From assembly GCF_006345805.1 (NCBI RefSeq), contig NC_043002.1, forward strand, positions 97,774,001 through 97,838,000: a stretch of 64,000 bases of DNA, read 5' to 3'. Position numbers and translations under genes: made by a program. Below the pieces are notes generated by a model. It had not been told where the DNA came from, ran no database searches, and saw only the letters and a list, made by a program, of their open reading frames with translations. Origin of the DNA: Octopus sinensis (Eukaryota). Shown here piece after piece: positions 23,769 to 36,797 of the stretch. The stretch's first letter is position 1; each line of letters begins with the position of its first letter.

Positions 23769-25373
23769 GACTCAAGATGAAATAGTAATTATCAAACTGC
23801 CGCCTGCCTAGACATTCGTCAGAGTAGGTAAATGGTTCTTGAAATGTAACAATTTGGCTAAGTTTAGATAGTAAGAATGTTAAGTGGCAATCTAAGATAC
23901 CGAGAAGATACGTGGAAAAAAGTCTGTGAGAAGTTTGAACTACGTCGTTAATATTGTTAATACGAATAAACTGATAGCACTAATTATGTTATACCGGCAT
24001 AGTTCTCTTATCACTGTTGATATATTCGCTGTTGGGGACACAGATATTTGCACAGTTCCATGTACCATCTGAGAATAAATGTGGAGGAGTCTGATGGAAA
24101 GAAAAGAAAAAGTGAAGCGTAAGAAGATTATAGAAAATATGATGAGGTAGCGATTGTAAAGGAAATAAGAAAAATAAAGAAATGAAATAGAAAAAAAAAG
24201 CGATTTATTCTCATTGTTCTAAGATAAGATTAATTGGCAAATGTTTATATAATATATAAATGTCAGAAGAGCTTAATTAATTCGGCATTGTTGCTCTTCT
24301 ATGCTATCAAAGTAGCTTTGGTTACCAAACTCTTAGGAAATCTAATTTTGTGGTTCTTACTCTTTTCTTTGAAGAACGTCACTCGGCTGAGTCGTTGGAG
24401 TCTCAAACTACGGATAAGAGGGTGGTTGGTTCATACCTTGCACATTTTCAAATCACTTAGATGCCACATAGAGAGAGAGAGAGAAGTCTACAGCAGGTAG
24501 ATGCAGTCGGCTGTTGTATTGTATAACCATGAGCGTCTCATCTTGCCATATTGAGCTTAAATCTTCCCAAGGGTTCGAAGTACGCTATGAGAAATTGTCC
24601 CAGTATATTCTCTTGATTTCGGCAAGAAAAACAGTCGAAAATTAGATGCCGGAGGCAAGATTATATAAAGGCAGGACACAAAAAAAGGCTAAGGTGTTGC
24701 AATAAAAATAAGAAAAGATGGAGTCTTCATAGTTTCAATAAGGTAAACTCAGTAATAGGATCTACTAATTTTATAAGCTTTTCCAACTAAGGAACCTCTA
24801 CCATTATAAATATAAAAAAAACAAAAATAATAAATAGACATGAGATAAATGTAGCCCTGGTTCCATTGTGTTTGGAAAAACAACCCGGTATGGTCATGGT
24901 TGGACAGCCTTTGATAACACTGCTGCTCGCTCAAGGTCGAATTCGGAGCTAATCAATAGCTACAAGGTTTTTAGAACTTATTGGCCTTATACGTTCAGAG
25001 GTATCAGAACGTTCATTTGCCTTAGATGTATGGAACTGGAGCCTAGATTACTAAGAAAAATCGCCTTGATGGTATGTACGCCCAACTTCTCATGACGGCT
25101 TAAAACATTATTTTGTTAAGGTTATTTCTACAGAAATTTTAGCCAGCATTAATTTTTTGCAATAACGTTTCGTATCGAGAAGTCAGATGTAAAGAAACAA
25201 TGAGATCGTTTGTTTACAACCGACGTCACGATACGAAACGTTGTAGCAAAAAATCAGTGCTGGCTATAATTTTCAGTGAAAATAACCATAACAAGATAAT
25301 GTAAAGAGCACTGCTAACACAGAAGAACGCGGTGTTGACTTACAAAAAAACGTTTAATATACTTTATAGTATA

Positions 25374-25620
25374 CTAGCTGACCCCGTGTTGTCAAAAATG
25401 ACGGCTAATCGGGTTTCATTAGGAGGGGGTCCGGCAGATGTTCAAGGCCCCTCCTTGGTTCTTTCGACTCTGAAACGATGTACCGGTCAAAATCGTATGT
25501 TATAGGACCTTAGAGTATACAACAAGTACACCACCGATTTTTCAGTATCCTTGGTTCTATAGCCTTGACAAATTAACCGTTTTGTCGGACATCCGAGGTC
25601 ACGAAATAATAATTCATCTA
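25374..25620 (-). mobile_element. Probable non-autonomous Helitron, second family
   Basis: a-ctag followed by a ccgt...acgg hairpin, giving hairpin-CTAG|T on the minus strand; 5' end not resolved. Confidence 0.5.
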
Positions 25621-25654
25621 CACACATTTGCTTTTTAATATCCTATAAACAACA

Positions 25655-25855
25655 GAACCATTAGCACGCCGGACGAAATGCTTAGCGGCATTTCGTCCAT
25701 CTTTAAGCTCTGAGTCAAAATTCCGCCGAGGTCAACTTTGCCTTTCATCCTTTCGGGGTCGCTAAAATAAGTACCAGTTGAGCACTGTGGGTCGATGTAA
25801 TCAACGTTCTCACCCACCACCACGCGAAATTGCAAGCCTTGTGCCAAAATTTGAA
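25655..25855 (+). mobile_element. SINE-B, old-tail type
   Basis: ttagcacgccgg..aattccgccgagg..gcctttcatcctttcgggg..caagccttgtgcc. Confidence 0.8.
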
Positions 25856-26798
25856 AATATTATAAACAGTAGGTGAACCAATGGCATATATATCACATAG
25901 CTTACGTGCCGAAACACCTCCGTTCATCTTTTTCAAGTTTTACTTTATCGTGGATCGATATGGATTGGTGTTTACATTTGACACCATTACTGATGCTCCC
26001 AGTTATTTGACATGTTGTAGTCATAGGTCTCTTTTAAGCTAAACAAGCAAGGGATTTCATAAAATGTTGGTATTGCCATTAATAAGTGCAGTGCAAAAAT
26101 GCCTGTAAGCACACACACGTGCACAACACCATCTGACTAGAGAGCTCACTGTTAAATTAAAAAGCTTTATATCTAGTTATTAAAGAATGTGTGAGGTTTG
26201 TTGCTTGACACGACTTAAAGCTTTATCAATGTTTTAATGAGTAGAATACTATAGATGTGTCCGTTGGATCTGGCGCTGAGGAGGGGGAAAAGATTCTAGT
26301 TGTAAACGGAAGGAAAATTATGACAAATATCTCTTCGCTATTTACGTCACATTTACAATAGTCGTCAATTTTTCTGCCCAAAGGGTTTTTAACCCAGTAT
26401 CATTCATAGCTTTATCTATTTTGAATTAAACCGATAAAAAATATTTCCTTGCTATATTTTTTTAATTTTATAACAGAGAAAATACGGTAGAGAGTTGACA
26501 AAATGGCTACTTATTGCTATTTAGTTCTAGGTTAACAATGATCCAGTAAAACCTATGACAAAAAGCGTTCCATCAGTGACCGTTCAGTCTTTTATCCAAG
26601 TAGTGCATCTAACGCTACATTACTCTGTCTGTTATACTTTTTTAAATGGCAACAGGGAATGATTTGAGATTGGTTGCTATTTCTTGTGCAGCCACACACA
26701 CACACACACTCAAGAATATGTGTGCGGTGGGGGTGAGCATGCGCGTGCGCGTGCCTATGAATATTTGAAACATTGGTCATTATTTCATTGACAAAAAT

Positions 26799-27532
26799 GG
26801 TGGCGAGCTGGCAGAATCGTTAGCACCCCGGGCGAAATGCGTAGCCGTATTTCGTCTGCCGTTACGTTCTGAGTTCAAATTCCGCCGAGGTCGACTTTGC
26901 CTTTCATCCTTTCGGAGTCGATAAATTAAGTACCAGTTACTCACTGGGGTCGATGTAATTGACTTAATCCGTTTGTCTGTCCTTGTTTGTCCCCTCTGTG
27001 TTTAGCCCCTTGCGGATAGTAAAGAAATAGGTATTTCGTCTGCCGTTACGTTCTGAGTTCAAATTCAGCCGAGGTCGACTTTGCCTTTCATCCTTAAGGA
27101 GTCGATGAAATAAATACCAGTTACGCACTGGGGTCGATATAATCGACTTAATCTGTTTGTCTGTTTGTCCTCTCTGTGTTTAGCCCCTTGTGGGTAGTAA
27201 AGAAATAGGTATTTCGTCTGCCGCTACGTTCTGAGTTCAAATTCTGCCGAGGTCGACTTTGCCTTTCATCCTTTCGGAGACGATAAATTAAGTACCAGTT
27301 ACGTACTGGGGTCGATGTAATCGACTTAATCCGTTTGTTTGCCCTCTCTATGTTTAGCCCCTTGTGGGTAGTAAAGAAATAAGGATTTCGTCTGTGTTTA
27401 CGTTCTGAGTTCAAATTCCGCCGAGGTCGACTTTGCCTTACATCCTTTCGGGGTCGTTGAAATTAGTACCAGTTACGACTTAATTCCTTCCCTCAAATTT
27501 GAGGCCTTGTGCTTCCAGTAGAAAGGATTATT
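26799..27532 (+). mobile_element. SINE-B head plus 4 tandem ~180-bp bodies
   Basis: Units start at 26847, 27031, 27209 and 27384; the first three carry the young tail and the last carries the old tail. Confidence 0.92.
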
Positions 27533-27844
27533 TAAATGAGAAAAACGCATTTGTTCTGGAAGCAATTTTCCAAACCAGATACACAGACTATGTAAGAGCG
27601 CCTGGGTATTACAGTTTTATTGTAAAACTCCGATGAATGTAGTTGACGCTAAATATTGGCAGCACAGTAGCAAAGTTATGAAAGCAAATGTAATTAATGC
27701 TTTTTTTTTTCCTCCATAAAATAATCAATTCTTCTGCCTCTATAAAATAATCGATTCTTCTGAAGTCTATGATGTTTTTAAAGTTAACGAAAGCTGCAAA
27801 AGAAAAGTGCCGAAAGTTTTAACCATTTTCTCTCGTAGCAAAAC

Positions 27845-28619
27845 CTAGTGCTCCAATTATTATTGGTATGAATATGAATTCGTAGTCTGGATTTAGAAGC
27901 TGGAAGTTTCGAAGCAGTTGTCCACAGATATCCTCTTTTCCTTAGATTTTTAAGATGTTTATATCTGCAGGGCAGTTGACCTCTATGATGCTACATACCT
28001 TTGCTTCTCTGTCCCAAACAACAATATCTGCCCTGTTATGTATACATTTGACAAAAGTTCTGATGAGAATATTCCACCAGTATTCCTTGAGTTAGTGTTT
28101 ATGAATGTATTCCATAACAGAGGAATTTTCTAAGTTTATTGCAGGACAGTCTTGTAAATTGTTTTAGCAACAACATCTTGCTGCATAGGGAGGTAGTACC
28201 GTGACGACATTTTAGGACAGCTGCTAATCACATGTGTAATATCTTCCACAGAAACATGACATAGCCTACATTTGCGGTTGCACCTTGGGATTCCAAGTAT
28301 GTCACTGCTTGTCTTGTTCACCAGGTACTTTGTGGCAATCTCCTGTTCCTGGATTGCAAACGCATAGCCTTCAAAGTCCGATGTGATGTAGTGGTCTTGT
28401 GCCCAAGAGAGGCTGCGCTTCGTGTCAATTCTACTGTCTTCTTCAAGCTTCTGGGCAACATACTCATGCACGGTCTTTGTTTGTTTTATATGCTGAGTGC
28501 TTTCCATCCAGGTCTTCTCTGAAGCAAGAGAGCCCAGCTGTTTTGGCCCTGTATAGGAAGTCATCAGGAAGAGAGTGTTTCTTGAGGAGTTCATTGCCAA
28601 CTCGTCCAATGTTGCTCAC

Positions 28620-28620
<1 letters not shown>
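27845..28620 (-). mobile_element. R4/Dong-like non-LTR retrotransposon 3' relic (CCHC knuckle plus restriction-like endonuclease)
   Basis: EGYAFAIQEQEIATK..CRLC..EDITHVISSC..QDVVAK, then in the next frame HNRADIVVWD..IIEVNCP-D-N..K..IPIIIGALG. Confidence 0.85.
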
Positions 28621-28650
<30 letters not shown>

Positions 28651-28860
28651 GTATGTATGTATGTATGTATGTATGTATGTTTGTATGTATGTATGCATGC
28701 ATGCATGCATGCATGTATGTATGTATGTATGTATGTATGTATGTATGTATGTATGTATGTATGTATGTATGCATGCATGTATGTATGTATGTATGTATGT
28801 ATGTCCATACACGCGCGCACACACATAAGCATACATATGTATGTATGAATGTATGTATGT
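28620..28860. repeat. (TATG)n microsatellite
   Basis: Direct inspection. Confidence 0.95.
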
Positions 28861-28998
28861 CATTATTCAGTTTTATTTCAAAATTTCTTGCCAATAGAGT
28901 AGGAGCCAGTTTCTAACCTAGATCCATTGAAATTTCAACATCAACAACAGTATATTTTTGAATCAGTGTGTGTGTTTCTTGTTGGTATAATGATCTTA

Positions 28999-29316
28999 AG
29001 GCGGCGAGCTGGCGAAATGCTTAGCGGTATTTCGTCTGCATTACGTTGTGAGTTCAAATTCCGCCGAGGTCGACTTTGCCTTTCATCCTTTCGAGGTCGA
29101 TAAATTAAGTCCCAGTTACGCACTGGTACAGTTACGCACACACATAGACACACACTACAGGCTTCTACACAGGTTCCGTCAACCAAATTCATTGACAAGG
29201 CATTGGTCAAACCGAGGTTATAACAGAAAACACGTACCCAATGTGCCGTGCAGTGGGACTGAACTAGAAATCACGTGGCTGCAAAGCGAGCTTCCTAACC
29301 GCACAAGCATGCCTGC
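28999..29316. mobile_element. SINE-B 5' half (+, 28999-29130) next to SINE-A 5' half (-, 29155-29316)
   Basis: Family-diagnostic motifs in opposite orientations. Confidence 0.75.
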
Positions 29317-29484
29317 TCATTTTCTTCTAAAAAAGAAGACTCTTTATCGTTATATTCTTTTGATCCGACCGACTAACAACCTAAACCTGTAGCAATATGC
29401 AACCCATAAACTTCTTCACAAACATCTGTCATACAAAGAATGACGTAAAGGGCTTGAATTGTAAAAGTTTTGTGTGAGAGCTAT

Positions 29485-29690
29485 GGTCGCTCGATTAGCT
29501 TGAAATAGCAGCCAAGTCTTCCTGAAACCACACGTTACTGTCTAAAAAAAGGAGAAAAAACAAGTGGATGCACTGGGCAGTGTATTTCTAGATGCATTAA
29601 TATGAAAAACAACAAAAATAGCCAGGCTGGTCACGACTGGAGTACTTTGTAATCATGTGTGTACAATCGATTGGATGTAACAGTAACAAC
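29485..29690 (+). mobile_element. Old interspersed repeat (putative SINE-D); related fragments near 24870, 26560 (-) and 35040
   Basis: Weak shared motif ggtca(c/t)g(a/g)(c/t)tgga and gaaatagc; highly diverged. Confidence 0.4.
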
Positions 29691-29894
29691 AACACAAACA
29701 AAACAAACCAATACACACATACATATAACCAGACACTTACACGCACACTGACATTTAAATACATAAACACAGATACTCACTCACACAGACATACGCACAC
29801 ATAAACACATACACACAAATACACTTGCACATATATACACATATGCACATAAAGAATTCCTTTCAGGTTTGGCGCCATTCAGTAAGTTGTAATA

Positions 29895-30293
29895 TCTATA
29901 TATATATATAAGTGAGGTTGTGTGGTGTCTGTCTCCTACGATTTAGATTCCTAACTACTCCCACATTTTGCGGTGCAGTTTAACAAAAAGCGGGTATCTT
30001 ATAGTCGTGATTCATATCGAGCCCTTCTGGGTATTAGCGCGCGTCTACGATGAGTCTACGATTTAAAAAGAACATTTACCATCATTTTTTCCCATTTTTA
30101 ATGCATTTTTGGCATATATAAGGGAAGTAACTCTCTAAAAATTTATTATTAAATCTCAGAACGTAAAAAAGCTACAGTAACACCCCACTTTGTGGTTAGC
30201 CATATTGAGATGGCTATTATACTTTACATCTCTAAAAATGCTTATATAGTTATTTCCCTTACAAACCCGAGCAACGCCGGGCGATACTGCTTG
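29895..30293 (+). mobile_element. Non-autonomous Helitron H1
   Basis: A|TC start, cccgagcaacgccggg hairpin, CTTG|T end (CTAG in the other copies). Confidence 0.85.
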
Positions 30294-30299
30294 TTTAGT

Positions 30300-30672
30300 A
30301 TAAACTCGGTGCGTGTGTGAATGTGTGTGTGCGTGTGTTTGTGTGCGTGTGTGCGTGTGTGTGTGTGTGTGTGCGTGTGTGTGTGTCTACGTGTACACGG
30401 GTATTTTAGTTCATGTATATGTGCGTGTACACGTGTATGTTCGTGCATGTGTGTGTTTTGTTGTTAGCGAGGAGGTGACGGGTGAGTGGTTGTGTGTGCG
30501 TGTGTTTTTGAAATATAAATCATAAGGAATTCCTGCTGTCTTTTAGAACTGGATCTTGGCATCATAACTAAGATTCCCTCCTCTCTGTGTTCTTGATGAG
30601 AAAAGGACTTCCACAAAACAATTACATTAATCACGAAAAAAAAGGCACGCTCGCACACACACACCACACACA

Positions 30673-30703
<31 letters not shown>

Positions 30704-30790
30704 TTCACACACACATTCATACATACACACAACACACACATACATACACGCACGAACACACACATATACACACGCACACATTCATACATC
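30300..30790. repeat. (GT)n and (CA)n tracts
   Basis: Direct inspection. Confidence 0.9.
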
Positions 30791-30957
30791 TTGAACGCTT
30801 TATATTACCAATCATAACACAGCAGTTCCTATACAGTCAGGGACGTAACGCCGAACATTTAAAACTTATCGGCCCAGTCTACCTAACTCAAAGTAAATAC
30901 TACAGAGTTATCTCCCGTACTTGTCGCAATTACTAAATTAATATTTAGCCCTTGAAA

Positions 30958-31310
30958 GTCGGCGAGCTGGCAGAAACGTTAGCACGCCGGGCGAAATGCG
31001 TGGCCGTATTTCGTATGCCGTTAAGTTCTGAGTTCAAATTATGCCACGGTCGACTTTGCCTTTCATCCTTTCGGGGTCGATAAATTAAGTACCAGTTACA
31101 CACTGGGGTCGACGTAATCGACTTAATCCGTTCGTCTGTCCTTGTTTGTCCCCTCTGTGTTTAGCCCCTTGTGAGTAGTAAAGAAATAGGTATTTCGTCC
31201 GCTGAGGTCGACTTTGCCTTTCATCCTTTCGGGGTTGCATACTGGGGTCAATCTAATCGACTGTTCCCTCCCCAAAATTTCGAGCCTTGTGCCTAGAGTA
31301 GAAAAAAATA
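30958..31310 (+). mobile_element. SINE-B young copy followed by an old-tail remnant
   Basis: Junction aaagaaatag|gtatttcg at ~31190. Confidence 0.88.
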
Positions 31311-31716
31311 TTTAGTCCTTTAACTAATGTTGTTTATTTCTCATCACGTAATTGTTTCTGATTAGATATTTTATGTTCACCATGGTAAATATGTTAACAC
31401 TAACTTCTCTACAGTTTTTTTCTTTGTTTTATATACGATGTCTGTGATTAATTAACCCCAGTGAATTATTTTCATTCACAACCATCGGAGCGCGAAGCAC
31501 TCCTCTCGAACGCAGGTTCGTGAGATGGTTGTGATATGTCAACAGTTTTGAGTAGGAACCGGAAAGAGAAGTATGAACACGCAATGCGCATGTGCACACT
31601 GGATTCGTAGAATAGAAGAGAAGAATAAAAACGCTATGCGCATGTCAAAATAAAACGGAAGAGTAGTATAAAAAAGCAATGGTCTGCACGCCACGACTGA
31701 CATGACTCTCAGTCAG

Positions 31717-31949
31717 CTTTACTCTTTACTCTTTACTCTTTTACTTGTTTCAGTCATTTGACTGCGGCCATGCTGGAGCACCGCCTTTAATCGAGCAACT
31801 CGACCCCGGAACTTATTCTTTTGTAAGCCCAGTACTTATTCTCTCGGTCTCTATTGTCGAACCGCTAAGTAACGGGGACATAAACACACCAGCATCGGTT
31901 GTCAAGCAATGCTAGGGGGACAAACACAGACACACAAACACACACACGA

Positions 31950-32025
<76 letters not shown>

Positions 32026-32187
32026 CGACGGGCTTCTTTCAGTTTCCGTCTACCAAATCCACTCACAAGGCTTTGGTTGGCCCGAGGCTATAGTAGAAGA
32101 CACTTGCCCAAGGTGCCACGCAGTGGGACTGAACCCGGAACCATGCGGCTGGTAAACAAGCTACTTACCACACAGCCACTCCTGCGC
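31717..32187 (-). mobile_element. SINE-A full-length
   Basis: Complete head and (tttactc)n tail. Confidence 0.92.
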
Positions 32188-32442
32188 TTTGCTGCAATTT
32201 TCTTGCTTTGATAATGAAGAAGACTCTCTCCAACTTCCTGAATTCGATTCTTGCTGTGGTTAATTTTGCCTTTTAAATAAACAGGTCAGATTGGATGCCA
32301 GTATAATTGTGTGGTTAAGAAGCACGTTTCATAACCATTCGTTGTGAAAATGTTGTAATATGATAGTGGTGATGATTTCGTTATTTTGTGCCAGCATTGC
32401 CATTGCTGTGTTGTTGTTGCTGCTATTATTATTGTTACTGTG

Positions 32443-33315
32443 AAGGCGGTGAGGTGGCGGAATCGTTAACACGCCGGGCGAAATGCTTTGCGGTATCTCG
32501 TCTGCCGTTTCGTTCTGAGTTCAAATTCCGCCGAGGTTGACTTTGCCTTTCATCCTTCCGGGGTCGATAAATTAAGTACCAGTTACGCACTGGGCGGGGG
32601 GTCGATGTAATTGACTTAATCCGTTTGTCTGTCCTTGTTTGTCCTCTCTATGTTTAGCTCCTCGTGGGCAATAAAGAAATAAGAATCGCTAGCACGCCGG
32701 GCAAAATGCTGGCAGAAACGTTAGCGTGCCGGGCGAAATGCTTAGCGGTATTTCGTCTGCCTCAACGTTGAGTTCAAATTCCGCCGAGGTCGACTTTGCC
32801 TTTCATCCTTTCGGGGTCGATAAATTAAGTACCAGTTACGCACTGGAGGGGGGGGTCGATGTAATTGACTTAATCCGTTTGTCTGCCCTTGTTTGTCATC
32901 TCTATGTTTAGCTCCTCGTGGGCAATAAAGAAATAAGAATCGCTAGCACGCCGGGCAAAATGCGTAGCGGTATTTCGTCTGCGTTACGTTGTGAGTTCAA
33001 ATTCCGCCGAGGTCGACTTTGCCTTTCATTCTTTCGGGGTCGATAAATTAAGTACCAGTTACGCACTGGGGTCGATGTAATCGACTTAATATCTATGTCT
33101 GTCCTTGTTTGTCCCCTCTGTGTTTAGCCCCCTGTGGGTAATAACGAAATAGGTATTTCGTCCGTTATTACGTTCTGAGTTCAAATTCTACCGAGGTCGA
33201 CTTTGTCCTTTAATCCTTTCGGGGTCGATAAATTAAGTATCCGCGAAACACTGGGGTCGATGTAATCAACTACTCTTCTCCCAAATTTTTCCTCTAAATT
33301 TCAGCTCTTGTGTCT
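32443..33315 (+). mobile_element. SINE-B array (4 bodies)
   Basis: gagttcaaatt at ~32517, 32770, 32993 and 33177; the last unit has the old tail. Confidence 0.9.
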
Positions 33316-33549
33316 ATAACAAAAACGATTATGGTTGTGTTGTGGTGGTAGTGTTGTGGGGTTGGGATTGTTTTGTGGTGGCTTTGTGGCAATAATTTCT
33401 TTTGGTGATGGTATTGTGATGTAATGGTGTTTAATTTTATTCTAGTCATGTTCTGTTGTAGTAATCGTGTGGTGATGTGGTAGTGATATTGTAGTGGCCA
33501 CGTTAGGATTCCGCGGAGATTTTTGGGATGATTATGAACGATGATTATA

Positions 33550-33720
33550 GGCGCAGGAGTGGCTGTGTAGTAAGTAGCTTGCTAACCAACTACGTGGTTC
33601 CGGGTTCAGTCCCACTGCGTGGCATCTTGGGCGAGTGTCTTCTGCTATGGCCCCGGGCCGACCAATGCCTTGCGAGTGGATTTGGTAGACGGAAACTGAA
33701 AGAAGCCTGTCGTATATATG

Positions 33721-33755
<35 letters not shown>

Positions 33756-33965
33756 TTGTGTGTCTGTGTTTGTCCCCCTAGCATTGCTTGACAACCGATG
33801 CTGGTGTGTTTACGTCCCCGTCACTTAGCGGTTCGGCAAAAGAGACCGATAGAATAAGTACTGGGCTTACAAAGAATAAGTTCCGGGGTCGATTTGCTCG
33901 ACTAAAGGCGGTGCTCCAGCATGGCCGCAGTCAAATGACTGAAACAAGTAAAAGAGTAAAAGAGA
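33550..33965 (+). mobile_element. SINE-A full-length
   Basis: Near-consensus copy. Confidence 0.93.
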
Positions 33966-34488
33966 GAGTGCATAAAGTTGTGATGATAAAGTGATAGAGA
34001 TGTGATAGTGATGATGGTGATGATGATGACGACGACGATGATGAGAATGATGATGATGTTCTTTCTTGAGTAAGCGAAGTTGTGGCATTGATGGGATTTC
34101 ATGATGTAACAAAAAACAAACAAACAACAAATGTCGTAAACGAGTCTTTGGCATGTTGGCGGGCACAAACTGTGATATGAAATGAAAATACAAAGTAAAA
34201 AAAGAAAAAAAAAAAAGAAAGAAATGAGCAGTGTTAGAATATGAGAAGAAAAAAATTGAGCTACGCAAATCATTTGGCAACGGGCCACACCTTATGATAT
34301 TGTACATGTTTGCTGAAGTTTGATATATTTTCAATTAGTTATAAACGATAAAAAAAAACAGTAAAACACAAAATCACCCTGCATTATTTCCGAACACTGT
34401 TTCTGTTTTCAGAAAACTAATAAAATGATGCTTATTATTATTATTATTATTTTTTTTTTTAATAAAAAGATACGGTTTTTAGAAAATA

Positions 34489-34886
34489 CTAGCAGTATCG
34501 CCCGGCGTTGCTCGGGTTTGTAAGGGAAATAACTATATAAGCATTTTTAGAGATGTAAAGTATAATAGCCATCTCAATATGGCTAACAACAAAGGGGGGG
34601 GGTGTTACTGTAGCTTTTTACGTTCTGAGATTTAATAATAAATTTTTAGAGAGTTACTTCCCTTATATATGCCAAAAATGCATTAAAAATGGGAAAAATT
34701 GATGGTAATTTTTTTTTTAAATCGTAGACTCATCGTAGACGCGCGCTAATACGCAGAAGAGCTCGATATGAATCACGACTATAAGATACCCGGTTTCGGT
34801 TAAACTGCACAGCAAAATGTGGGAGTAGTTAGGAATCTAAATCGTAGGAGACAGACACCACACAACCTCACTTTTATATATAAAGA
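34489..34886 (-). mobile_element. Non-autonomous Helitron H1
   Basis: Reverse complement of 29895-30293 with A|TC and CTAG|T termini. Confidence 0.88.
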
Positions 34887-35235
34887 TATGCTATAACGTT
34901 ATCTAGACTTTTCAAATCCCAAGCGCCCTCATAAAACCTCTAAATGTTTGCTCGATGTACGAGAAATAGAAATGAAATCTCCTTTAATTCACATCGTACC
35001 ACCTTTAACTTCGTACAGAATAAATTGATCTTAGGATCAACTGTGTCTAAAAATCTTAAATGATTAGATAGTCACGGCTGGAATATCTTTGGATGTAGAT
35101 TTGCTTTATTAGTATTGACTAGGCAGTAAACAACGACGACGACAACAACAACAACAAAAGCAACAACAACAACAACAACAACAACAACAACGACAACGAC
35201 GACGACGACGATAGTTGTTTATGAAATTATTACTA

Positions 35236-35589
35236 AACAAGAATACTCGGAGAGCGCAAAACTTCGTCAAGGCAGCATCAACCTCCTCTCAACGATTAAC
35301 CGGAGATGATTTTTAAGATGAGAATATCTGAAATAAACTGGATTGCTCTCACAAACGAGAATACTAAAAATGAACTCAACCGCTCTCAAAAATTAAGTAA
35401 AAAAAAAAAAAACTGAAAAATAATCCAGAATCCTTGTCCGGTAATGGATCGATACCAAAATCTAATCAGTTCGTGCCAGTCACTAGGCCAAACATTCCCT
35501 GAAAGTTTTATCCGAATCCATCAAGCGGTTCTTGAGATAACAAACACGACTGAAAACAATACCCCCGCCTTAACGAAGGCGGAGGTAAT
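35236..35589 (+). mobile_element. Helentron-associated non-autonomous element (HINE/DINE-1-like)
   Basis: Subterminal inverted repeat cttcgtcaaggc / gccttaacgaag and a 3' hairpin ccgcc-ttaacgaa-ggcgg. Confidence 0.6.
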
Positions 35590-35656
35590 GATACAATTAC
35601 AATATAGAGGACGCGTATTAGTCATTCAAAGATACACAAAAACTGCTAACTTCCAT

Positions 35657-35884
35657 TTAACCTTCTAGCATTCAGATTATTCAGTTAAATGCAGTGCTTA
35701 GTTATTCGCATTATTTTCAATTAATTATGCATTGTCTCATAGCTTCCAGACTTTGATGACGTGATTGTTTATTTTTAGAATGGTATTGTAGGGTAAGTGT
35801 GAGAGTCCGGATCTGCCCAGATTGAACATAAAGCTGGCAGGAAACTTGGGGGAGGTACGACCAGTTTAGATGCTAAAGGGTTAA
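35657..35884. mobile_element. piggyBac-like MITE
   Basis: TTAA at both ends; TIR ccttctagcat versus ccctttagcat (reverse complement of the right end). Confidence 0.7.
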
Positions 35885-35962
35885 GCATTTATTATTTGGC
35901 GTCGAAATTTTCGTCAAACCATATCGCAGGCGCGTGTGTGTCGTGTGTGTGTGTGTGTGTGT

Positions 35963-36009
<47 letters not shown>

Positions 36010-36016
<7 letters not shown>

Positions 36017-36204
36017 TGTGTCTTTGTGTTTGTGTTTGTCCCGCACCCATCGCTTGACAACCGATGTTGGTGTGTTTACATCCTCATAACTTAGTTCAGC
36101 ATAAAAGTCTCATAGAATAAGCCCTGGGGTCGATTTCTGCGACTAAAAAAAATCTTTAAGGCGGTGCTCCAGCATGACCGCAGCCAGCTAACTGAAACAA
36201 GTAA
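36010..36204 (+). mobile_element. SINE-A 3' half
   Basis: cgcttgacaaccgatg..ggcggtgctccagcatg..ctgaaacaagt. Confidence 0.8.
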
Positions 36205-36797
36205 CACCAACTGCGAACTAGTAACTGACGTAATTCCACAGCATATATAGGTTCGAGGACTATAAATTTTTGTTCTTTTTATGTAGGTCACTCGTTCTCG
36301 TTGGGTGCGTGTAGTTGGTAAGTTAACTCAATATTTGATTGTATTTTAAGTACCCTCTTTTTTTTTTTACCATCTCCCTTCCTTTTGTATGGTATATAGT
36401 GAATTTTTCAAGAGTAAGTATACCTCCGAAATTCTAAGTAATAGATATTTTACAAATGTTTTGACTCTGTAACACCCATATACTTTAAATTAATTTTTTT
36501 AGTGATTTTAGTTTTAGCTGTTATAAGTAAAAAGAGAGTAAAAGATCATTGTTAATCTTCATAACTTTCACTTCCACCGGGAAGAGATGAGCAGTAGAAT
36601 GGTAGAATATATTGTAGCCCAATGAATTGACAGAGTAGTAAGAGTAACCGATAGAATGTCTTGTCAAATTTATTCCCGTTCTCTATGTTCTGAGTTCAAA
36701 TTCCTGCGAAGTAAGCTTTGTATCGTTGCGGTGTCGAAAATAAAATACCAGTCCCAAAAGGTATCGGTGTCGATGGTAGCATTAGATTTTGTGTAGT

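Noticed and set aside
33930-33950. ctgaaac in SINE-A tails as a hammerhead core
   Set aside because: There is no CTGANGA partner or three-stem junction; it is better explained as a LINE-derived 3' stem-loop.
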